From Utricularia gibba (taxonomy: Eukaryota > Plantae > Magnoliophyta): a DNA stretch of 27,022 nucleotides. The stretch lies in NCBI GenBank assembly GCA_002189035.1, contig NEEC01000188.1:1-27022 (forward strand), given 5' to 3'. The notes under the pieces are model-generated. The model did no database searches, had not been told where the DNA came from, and saw nothing but the letters and a program-made list of their open reading frames with translations. The translations under genes and the position numbers were made by a program. Below, piece by piece: positions 1-10,290 of this stretch. Numbering within the stretch: position 1 is the first letter of the stretch; each line of letters begins with the position of its first letter.

Positions 1-1699
1 CCACAAAACGAGAAGCGGTTCCTTGAAAAACCCATGTAGGCAGCCCCCGAAAACCGAACGATAAAAAATACATCACTTTATTTGCCGGGCTACAACTAAC
101 TCTCGCCGCAAGCCAAACCTTACCTTTGTCCGTTCCAGCTGCACCCCAAGACCGCCTCCTCAAGTATAAAGTAAGTTGTTGAAAAAATCATGTGGGGGTG
201 CACATGATATCGCAATTTAAACAAATGCATCATTTTTTTTAATCGATTTGCATCCGGTTGACCTCATGAGCCATACAGAATCGGGGTCAAGGACCAAGTT
301 CCCAGCGAGACTGGCCGCCACAAAACGAGAAGCGGTTCCTTGAAAAACCATGTAGGCAGCCCCCGAAAACCGAACGATAATAAATACATCACTTTATTGT
401 GGGGCTATAACTAACTCTCGCGCAAGCCAAACCTTACCTTTGTCCCGTTCAAGGTGCACCCCAAGACCGCCTCCCCAAGTATAAAGTAAGTTGTTGAAAA
501 AATCATGTGGGGTGCACGTCATATCGCAATTTAAACAAATGCATCATTTTTTTAATCGATTTGCATCCGGTTGACCTCATGAGCCATACAGAATCGGGTC
601 AAGGACCAAGTTCCCAGCGAGACTGGCCGCCACAAAACGAGAAGCGGTTCCTTGAAAAACCATGTAGGCAGCCCGAAAACCGAACGATAATAAATACATC
701 ACTTTATTTGTCGGGCTACAACTAACTCTCGGCGCAAGCCAAACCTTACCTTTGTCCGTTCAGGTGCACCCAAGACGCCTCCTCAAGTATAAAGTAAGTT
801 GTTGAAAAAATCATGTGGGGTGCACGTGATATCGCAATTTAAACAAATGCATCATTTTTTTAATCGATTTGCATCCGGTTGACCTCATGAGCCATACAGA
901 ATCGGGGTCAAGGACCAAGTTCCCAGCGAGACTGGCCGCCACAAAACGAGAAGCGGTTCCTTGAAAAACCATGTAGGCAGCCCCGAAAACCGAACGATAA
1001 TAAATACATCACTTTATTTGTCGGGCTACAACTAACTCTCGGCGCAAGCCAAACCTTACCTTTGTCCGTTCCAAGGTGCACCCAAGACCGCCTCCTCAAG
1101 TATAAAGTAAGTTGTTGAAAAAATCATGTGGGGTGCACGTGATATCGCAATTTAAACAAATGCATCATTTTTTTTAATCGATTTGCATCCGGTTGACCTC
1201 ATGAGCCATACAGAATCGGGGTCAAGGACCAAGTTCCCAGCGAGACTGGCCGCCACAAAACGAGAAGCGGTTCCTTGAAAAACCATGTAGGCAGCCCCCG
1301 AAAACCGAACGATAAAAAATACATCACTTTATTTGTCGGGCTACAACTAACTCTCGCAAGCCAAACCTTACCTTTGTCCCGTTCCAGCTGCACCCCAAGA
1401 CCGCCTCCTCAAGTATAAAGTAAGTTGTTGAAAAAATCATGTGGGGTGCACATGATATCGCAATTTAAACAAATGCATCATTTTTTTTAATCGATTTGCA
1501 TCCGGTTGACCTCATGAGCCATACAGAATCGGGGTCAAGGACCAATTTCCCAGCGAGACTGGCCGCCACAAAACGAGAAGCGGTTCCTTGAAAAACCATG
1601 TAGGCAGCCCCGAAAACCGAACGATAATAAATACATCACTTTATTGTGGGCTACAACTAACTCTCGCGCAAGCCAAACCTTACCTTTGTCCCGTTCAAG

Positions 1700-1763
1700 G
1701 TGCACCCCAAGACCGCCTCCTCAAGTATAAAGTAAGTTGTTGAAAAAATCATGTGGGGTGCAC
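1700..1763. other. 10-bp perfect inverted repeat GTGCACCCCA-(N44)-TGGGGTGCAC (example; recurs in most units, 9 bp in CCAGCT-type copies)
   Basis: 1700-1709 GTGCACCCCA is the exact reverse complement of 1754-1763 TGGGGTGCAC, with a 44-nt spacer. Confidence 0.85.
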
Positions 1764-1817
1764 GTGATATCGCAATTTAAACAAATGCATCATTTTTTTT
1801 AATCGATTTGCATCCGG

Positions 1818-1850
1818 TTGACCTCATGAGCCATACAGAATCGGGGTCAA
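1818..1850. other. Short stem-loop TTGACCTC-(N17)-GGGGTCAA (8 bp with one G-T wobble; example, recurs per unit)
   Basis: 1818-1825 pairs with 1843-1850. The sequence is seen directly, but its function is unknown. Confidence 0.5.
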
Positions 1851-4800
1851 GGACCAAGTTCCCAGCGAGACTGGCCGCCACAAAACGAGAAGCGGTTCCT
1901 TGAAAAACCATGTAGGCAGCCCCCGAAAACCGAACGATAATAAATACATCACTTTATTTGGGGCTACAACTAACTCTCGGCGCAAGCCAAACCTTACCTT
2001 TGTCCCGTTCAAGGTGCACCCCAAGACCGCCTCCTCAAGTATAAAGTAAGTTGTTGAAAAAATCATGTGGGGTGCACGTGATATCGCAATTTAAACAAAT
2101 GCATCATTTTTTTTAATCGATTTGCATCCGGTTGACCTCATGAGCCATACAGAATCGGGGTCAAGGACCAAGTTCCCAGCGAGACTGGCCGCCACAAAAC
2201 GAGAAGCGGTTCCTTGAAAAACCATGTAGGCAGCCCCGAAAACCGAACGATAATAAATACATCACTTTATTTGTCGGGCTACAACTAACTCTCGGCGCAA
2301 GCCAAACCTTACCTTTGTCCGTTCCAGTGCACCCAAGACCGCCTCCTCAAGTATAAAGTAAGTTGTTGAAAAAATCATGTGGGGTGCACGTGATATCGCA
2401 ATTTAAACAAATGCATCATTTTTTTTAATCGATTTGCATCCGGTTGACCTCATGAGCCATACAGAATCGGGGTCAAGGACCAAGTTCCCAGCGAGACTGG
2501 CCGCCACAAAACGAGAAGCGGTTCCTTGAAAAACCATGTAGGCAGCCCCCGAAAACCGAACGATAATAAATACATCACTTTATTTGCGGGCTACAACTAA
2601 CTCTCGGCGCAAGCCAAACCTTACCTTTGTCCCGTTCAGGTGCACTCCTCAAGTATAAAGTAAGTTGTTGAAAAAATCATGTGGGGTGCACGTGATATCG
2701 CAATTTAAACAAATGCATCATTTTTTTTAATCGATTTGCATCCGGTTGACCTCATGAGCCATACAGAATCGGGGTCAAGGACCAAGTTCCCAGCGAGACT
2801 GGCCGCCACAAAACGAGAAGCGGTTCCTTGAAAAACCATGTAGGCAGCCCCCGAAAACCGAACGATAATAAAATACATCACTTTATTTGCCGGGCTACAA
2901 CTAACTCTCGCCGCAAGCCAAACCTTACCTTTGTCCCGTTCCAGACCCAAGACCGCCTCCTCAAGTATAAAGTAAGTTGTTGAAAAAATCATGTGGGGTG
3001 CACGTGATATCGCAATTTAAACAAATGCATCATTTTTTTTAATCGATTTGCATCCGGTTGACCTCATGAGCCATACAGAATCGGGGTCAAGGACCAAGTT
3101 CCCAGCGAGACTGGCCGCCACAAAACGAGAAGCGGTTCCTTGAAAAACCATGTAGGCAGCCCCGAAAACCGAACGATAATAAATACATCACTTTATTTGT
3201 CGGGCTACAACTAACTCTCGCGCAAGCCAAACCTTACCTTTGTCCCGTTCAGGTGCACCCAAGACCGCCTCCTCAAGTATAAAGTAAGTTGTTGAAAAAA
3301 TCATGTGGGGTGCACGTGATATCGCAATTTAAACAAATGCATCATTTTTTTTAATCGATTTGCATCCGGTTGACCTCATGAGCCATACAGAATCGGGGTC
3401 AAGGACCAAGTTCCCAGCGAGACTGGCCGCCACAAAACGAGAAGCGGTTCCTTGAAAAACCATGTAGGCAGCCCCGAAAACCGAACGATAATAAATACAT
3501 CACTTTATTTGGGGCTACAACTAACTCTCGGCAAGCCAAACCTACAACACCCCAAGACCGCCTAAGTATAAAGTAAGTTGTCATGTGGGGTGCACGTGAT
3601 ATCGCAATTTAAACAAATGCATCATTTTTTTTAATCGATTTGCATCCGGTTGACCTCATGAGCCATACAGAATCGGGGTCAAGGACCAAGTTCCCAGCGA
3701 GACTGGCCGCCACAAAACGAGAAGCGGTTCCTTGAAAAACCATGTAGGCAGCCCCGAAAACCGAACGATAATAAATACATCACTTTATTTGCGGGCTGCA
3801 CCCCAAGACCGCCTCCTCAAGTATAAAGTAAGTTGTTGAAAAAATCATGTGGGGTGCACGTGATATCGCAATTTAAACAAATGCATCATTTTTTTTAATC
3901 GATTTGCATCCGGTTGACCTCATGAGCCATACAGAATCGGGGTCAAGGACCAAGTTCCCAGCGAGACTGGCCGCCACAAAACGAGAAGCGGTTCCTTGAA
4001 AAACCATGTAGGCAGCCCCCGAAAACCGAACGATAATAAATACATCACTTTATTTGTCGGGCTACAACTAACTCTCGCGCAAGCCAAACCTTACCTTTGT
4101 CCCGTTCCAGCTGCACTCCTCAAGTATAAAGTAAGTTGTTGAAAAAATCATGTGGGGTGCTGATATCGCAATTTAAACAAATGCATCATTTTTTTTAATC
4201 GATTTGCATCCGGTTGACCTCATGAGCCATACAGAATCGGGGTCAAGGACCAAGTTCCCAGCGAGACTGGCCGCCACAAAACGAGAAGCGGTTCCTTGAA
4301 AAACCATGTAGGCAGCCCCCGAAAACCGAACGATAATAAATACATCACTTTATTTGTCGGGCTACAACTAACTCTCGCGCAAGCCAAACCTTACCTTTGT
4401 CCCGTTCCAGCTGCACCCCTTAAGACCGCCTCCTCAAGTATAAAGTAAGTTGTTGAAAAAATCATGTGGGGTGCACATGATGCAATTTAAACAAATGCAT
4501 CATTTTTTTTAATCGCATCCGGTTGACCTCATGAGCCATACAGAATCGGGGTCAAGGACCAAGTTCCCAGCGAGACTGGCCGCCACAAAACGAGAAGCGG
4601 TTCCTTGAAAAACCATGTAGGCAGCCCCGAAAACCGAACGATAATAAATACATCACTTTATTTGTCGGGCTACAACTAACTCTCGGCGCAAGCCAAACCT
4701 TACCTTTGTCCCGTTCAGTGCACCCAAGACCGCCTCCTCAAGTATAAAGTAAGTTGTTGAAAAAATCATGTGGGGTGCACGTGATATCGCAATTTAAACA

Positions 4801-7800
4801 AATGCATCATTTTTTTTAATCGATTTGCATCCGGTTGACCTCATGAGCCATACAGAATCGGGGTCAAGGACCAAGTTCCCAGCGAGACTGGCCGCCACAA
4901 AACGAGAAGCGGTTCCTTGAAAAACCATGTAGGCAGCCCCCGAAAACCGAACGATAAAAAATACATCACTTTATTTGTCGGGCTACAACTAACTCTCGCG
5001 CAAGCCAAACCTTACCTTTGTCCCGTTCGGGCACCCCAAGACCGCCTCCTCAAGTATAAAGTAAGTTGTTGAAAAAATCATGTGGGGTGCACGATATCGC
5101 AATTTAAACAAATGCATCATTTTTTTTAATCGATTTGCATCCGGTTGACCTCATGAGCCATACAGAATCGGGGTCAAGGACCAAGTTCCCAGCGAGACTG
5201 GCCGCCACAAAACGAGAAGCGGTTCCTTGAAAAACCATGTAGGCAGCCCCGAAAACCGAACGATAATAAATACATCACTTTATTTGTCGGGCTACAACTA
5301 ACTCTCGGCGCAAGCCAAACCTTACCTTTGTCCTTCAGGTGCACCCAAGACCGCCTCCTCAAGTATAAAGTAAGTTGTTGAAAAAATCATGTGGGGTGCA
5401 CGTGATATCGCAATTTAAACAAATGCATCATTTTTTTTAATCGATTTGCATCCGGTTGACCTCATGAGCCATACAGAATCGGGGTCAAGGACCAAGTTCC
5501 CAGCGAGACTGGCCGCCAAAAACGAGAAGCGGTTCCTTGAAAAACCATGTAGGCAGCCCCCGAAAACCGAACGATAATAAATACATCACTTTATTTGTCG
5601 GGCTACAACTAACTCTCGGCGCAAGCCAAACCTTACCTTTGTCCCGTTCCAGCTGCACCCAAGACCGCCTCCTCAAGTATAAAGTAAGTTGTTGAAAAAA
5701 TCATGTGGGGTGCACGTGATATCGCAATTTAAACAAATGCATCATTTTTTTTAATCGATTTGCATCCGGTTGACCTCATGAGCCATACAGAATCGGGGTC
5801 AAGGACCAAGTTCCCAGCGAGACTGGCCGCCACAAAACGAGAAGCGGTTCCTTGAAAAACCATGTAGGCAGCCCCCGAAAACCGAACGATAATAAATACA
5901 TCACTTTATTTGTCGGGCTACAACCCCAATCCTCAACATGTGGGGTGCACGTGATATCGCAATTTAAACAAATGCATCATTTTTTTTAATCGATTTGCAA
6001 GCCAACACCTTACCTTTCCTTGAAAAACCATGTAGGCAGCCCCGAAAACCGAACGATAATAAATACATCACTTTATTTGGTGCACCCCTTAAGACCGCCT
6101 CCTCAAGTATAAAGTAAGTTGTTGAAAAAAATCATGTGGGGTGCACGTGATATCGCAATTTAAACAAATGCATCATTTTTTTTAATCGATTTGCATCCGG
6201 TTGACCTCATGAGCCATACAGAATCGGGGTCAAGGACCAAGTTCCCAGCGAGACTGGCCGCCACAAAACGAGAAGCGGTTCCTTGAAAAACCATGTAGGC
6301 AGCCCCGAAAACCGAACGATAATAAATACATCACTTTATTTGTCGGGCTACAACTAACTCTCGGCGCAAGCCAAACACCTTTGTCAAATGCATCATTTTT
6401 TTAATCGATTTGCATCCGGTTGACCTCATGAGCCATACAGAATCGGGGTCAAGGACCAAGTTCCCAGCGAGACTGGCCTTCAAGTATAGTACAGTTAAGT
6501 TGTGTAAGTTGTTGAAAAAATCATGTGGGGTGCACGTGATATCGCAATTTAAACAAATGCATCATTTTTTTTAATCGATTTGCATCCGGTTGACCTCATG
6601 AGCCATACAGCAATCGGGGTCAAGGACCAAGTTCCCAGCGAGACTGGCCGCCACAAAACGAGAAGCGGTTCCTTGAAAAACCATGTAGGCAGCCCCCGAA
6701 AACCGAACGATAATAAATACATCACTTTATTTGTCGGGCTACAACTAACTCTCGGCGCAAGCCAAACCTTACCTTTGTCCCGTTCCAGCTGCACCCCAAG
6801 ACCGCCTCCTCAAGTATAAAGTAAGTTGTTGAAAAAATCATGTGGGGTGCACGTGATATCGCAATTTAAACAAATGCATCATTTTTTTTAATCGATTTGC
6901 ATCCGGTTGACCTCATGAGCCATACAGAATCGGGGTCAAGGACCAAGTTCCCAGCGAGACTGGCCGCCACAAAACGAGAAGCGGTTCCTTGAAAAACCAT
7001 GTAGGCAGCCCCGAAAACCGAACGATAATAAATACATCACTTTATTTGTCGGGCTACAACTAACTCTCGGCGCAAGCCAAACCTTACCTTTGTCCGTTCA
7101 GACCTCCTCAAGTATAAAGTAAGTTGTTGAAAAAATCATGTGGGGTGCACGTGATATCGCAATTTAAACAAATGCATCATTTTTTTTAATCGATTTGCAT
7201 CCGGTTGACCTCATGAGCCATACAGAATCGGGGTCAAGGACCAAGTTCCCAGCGAGACTGGCCGCCACAAAACGAGAAGCGGTTCCTTGAAAAACCATGT
7301 AGGCAGCCCCCGAAAACCGAACGATAAAAATACATCACTTTATTTGTCGGGCTACAACTAACTCTCGTTTATTCCTCAAGTATAAAGTCATGTGGGGCAC
7401 GTGATATCGCAATTTAAACAAATGCATCATTTTTTTTAATCGATTTGCATCCGGTTGACCTCATGAGCCATACAGAATCGGGGTCAAGGACCAAGTTCCC
7501 AGCGAGACTGGCCGCCACAAAACGAGAAGCGGTTCCTTGAAAAACCATGTAGGCAGCCCCGAAAACCGAACGATAATAAATACATCACTTTATTTGGGGC
7601 TACAACTAACTCTCGCGCAAGCCAAACCTTACCTTTGTCCACCCCAAGACGCCTCCTCAAGTATAAAGTAAGTTGAAAAAATCATGTGGGGTGCACGTGA
7701 TATCGCAATTTAAACAAATGCATCATTTTTTTTAATCGATTTGCATCCGGTTGACCTCATGAGCCATACAGAATCGGGGTCAAGGACCAAGTTCCCAGCG

Positions 7801-9974
7801 AGACTGGCCGCCACAAAACGAGAAGCGGTTCCTTGAAAAACCATGTAGGCAGCCCCCGAAAACCGAACGATAATAAATACATCACTTTATTTGTCGGCTA
7901 CAACTAACTCTCGGCGCAAGCCAAACCTTACCTTTGTCCCGTTCAACCCAAGAAAGTATAAAGTAAGTTGTTGAAAAAATCATGTGGGGTGCACATGATA
8001 TCGCAATTTAAACAAATGCATCATTTTTTTTAATCGATTTGCATCCGGTTGACCTCATGAGCCATACAGAATCGGGGTCAAGGACCAAGTTCCCAGCGAG
8101 ACTGGCCGCCACAAAACGAGAAGCGGTTCCTTGAAAAACCATGTAGGCAGCCCCCGAAAACCGAACGATAATAAATACATCACTTTATTTGCGGGCTACA
8201 ACTAACTCTCGCGCAAGCCAAACCTTACAGACCTCCTCAACCTCGGCATCATTTTTTTTAATCGATTTGCATCCGGTTGACCTCATGAGCCATACAGAAT
8301 CGGGGTCAAGGACCAAGTTCCCAGCGAGACTGGCCGCCACAAAACGAGAAGCCTTGAAAAACCATGTAGGCAGCCCCGAAAACCGAACGATCATCACTTT
8401 ATTTGTGGGCTACAACTAACTCTCGCGCAAGCCAAACCTTACCTTTGTAGATCCTCAAGTATAAACAACATATAATAAACAAATGCATCATTTTTTTTAA
8501 TCGATTTGCATCCGGTTGACCTCATGAGCCATACAGAATCGGGGTCAAGGACCAAGTTCCCAGCGAGACTGGCCGCCACAAAACGAGAAGCGGTTCCTTG
8601 AAAAACCATGTAGGCAGCCCCCGAAAACCGAACGATAATAAATACATCACTTTATTGTCGGGCTACAACTAACTCTCGCAAGCCAAACCTTACCTTTGTC
8701 CCGTTCCACCTGCACAAGCCAAACCCGGGGTCCTCAAGGAATTCAAGTTCCCAGCGAGACTGGCCGCCACAAAACGAGAAGCGGTTCCTTGAAAAACCAT
8801 GTAGGCAGCCCCCGAAAACCGAACGATCATGTCGGGGTTAAGTTGTATAAAGTCATGTGGGGTGCACGTGATATCGCAATTTAAACAAATGCATCATTTT
8901 TTTTAATCGATTTGCATCCGGTTGACCTCATGAGCCATACAGAATCGGGGTCAAGGACCAAGTTCCCAGCGAGACTGGCCGCCACAAAACGAGAAGCGGT
9001 TCCTTGAAAAACCATGTAGGCAGCCCCGAAAACCGAACGATAATAAATACATCACTTTATTTGCCGGGCTACAACTAACATCTCGGCGCAAACCATTATT
9101 TGTTCCCGTTGCTGCACCCCTTAAGACCGCCTCCTCAAGTATAAAGTAAGTTGTTGAAAAAATCATGTGGGGTGCACGGATATCGCAAGAGCCATACAGA
9201 ATCGGGGTCAAGGACCAAGTTCCCAGCGAGACTGGCCGCCATTTTTTTTAATCGATTCATCCGGTTGGCACCTCATACCGAACGAATAATAAATACATCA
9301 CAAGGACCAAGTTCCCAGCGAGACTGGCCGCCACAAAACGAGACTAACTCTTGAAAAACCAAGCCAAACCTTACCTTTGTCCCGTTCCAGGCACCCAAGA
9401 CGCCTCCTCAAGTATAAAGTAAGTTGTTGAAAAAATCATGTGGGGTGCACGTGATATCGCAATTTAAACAAATGCATCATTTTTTTTAATCGATTTGCAT
9501 CCGGTTGACCTCATGAGCCATACAGAATCGGGGTCAAGGACCAAGTTCCCAGCGAGACTGGCCGCCACAAAACGAGAAGCGGTTCCTTGAAAAACCATGT
9601 AGGCAGCCCCCGAAAACCGAACGATAATAAATACATCACTTTATTTGTCGGGCTACAACTAACTCTCGGCGCAAGCCAAACCTTACCTTTGTCCCGTTCC
9701 AGTGCACCCCAAGACCGCCTCCTCAAGTATAAAGCATCATTTTTTTTAATCGATTTGCATCCGGTTGACCTCATGAGCCATACAGAATCGGGGTCAAGGA
9801 CCAAGTTCCCAGCGAGACTGGCCGCCACAAAACGAGAAGCGGTTCCTTGAAAAACCATGTAGGCAGCCCCGAAAACCGAACGATAATAAATACATCACTT
9901 TATTTGTCGGGCTACAACTAACTCTCGGCGCAAGCCAAACCTTACCTAAACAAGTATGCATCAATATTTTAAAC

Positions 9975-10133
9975 AAATGCATCATTTTTTTTAATCGATT
10001 TGCATCCGGTTGACCTCATGAGCCATACAGAATCGGGGTCAAGGACCAAGTTCCCAGCGAGACTGGCCGCCACAAAACGAGAAGCGGTTCCTTGAAAAAC
10101 CATGTAGGCAGCCCCCGAAAACCGAACGATAAT
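9975..10133 (+). repeat. Sub-monomer A (~159 bp) of the dimeric unit (example copy; present in every unit)
   Basis: Aligns collinearly to sub-monomer B at an offset of 156-159 bp. Anchor blocks: AAATGCATCATTTTTTTTAATCG vs AAATACATCACTTTATTTG(T/C)CG, and TTGAAAAACCATGTAGGCAGC vs TTGAAAAAATCATGTGGGGTGC. Confidence 0.85.
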
Positions 10134-10290
10134 AAATACATCACTTTATTTGCCGGGCTACAACTAACTCTCGGCGCAAGCCAAACCTTACCTTTGTCCC
10201 GTTCCAGCTGCACCCCAAGACCGCCTCCTCAAGTATAAAGTAAGTTGTTGAAAAAATCATGTGGGGTGCACGTGATATCGCAATTTAAAC
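10134..10290 (+). repeat. Sub-monomer B (~157 bp) of the dimeric unit (example copy; present in every unit)
   Basis: Same collinear alignment as for A. Additional anchors are AGCCAnAC, GTC..G..CCA.GT and AGAC..GCC.CC.CAA. Confidence 0.85.

Larger units (their letters stand above)
9975..10290 (+). repeat. Representative full-length repeat unit (316 bp, closest to consensus)
   Basis: This copy has no evident indels relative to the majority reading of other copies. It runs from AAATGCATCA to GCAATTTAAAC. Manual composition of the consensus is A96 C83 G63 T74, with 17 CpG against ~16.5 expected. Confidence 0.9.

Noticed and set aside
1657-1690. Spliced-leader RNA gene (AACTAAC resembles the trypanosomatid SL start)
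   Set aside because: Similarity stops after about 7 nt, with no SL exon, donor hairpin or Sm site in the right order.
1679-1737. Splice donor-like motifs: AAA|GTAAGT on plus (1732) and AAG|GTAAG on minus (1679-1686)
   Set aside because: Short motifs with no supporting exon or ORF context; expected by chance.
1700-1763. CRESS-DNA virus origin (stem-loop with AAGTATAAA resembling AAGTATTAC)
   Set aside because: The nonamer differs at the nick-site end, the loop is 44 nt rather than ~11-13, and no Rep gene is present.
1823-1830. CTCATGAG as a hammerhead ribozyme core (as in newt or schistosome satellites, or a viroid-like circle)
   Set aside because: It differs from CUGAUGA at a conserved G. 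There is no stem II followed by GAAA on either strand, no CTGA in the consensus, and no rod-like self-complementarity across the unit.
1758-1830. Synthetic polylinker or cloning artefact
   Set aside because: The sites are not those of a polylinker I recognise, and no vector or adapter sequence is present. The diverged A/B dimer structure indicates natural evolution.
1816-1831. 5S rDNA unit (similar length; GGTTGACCTCATGAG resembles plant 5S GGGTGACCTCCTGGG)
   Set aside because: Only a ~12/16 local match. The rest of the 120-nt 5S sequence and its internal control region are absent.
9975-10290. Endless ORF through the unit (rolling-circle translation)
   Set aside because: The consensus has stop codons in all three frames on both strands.
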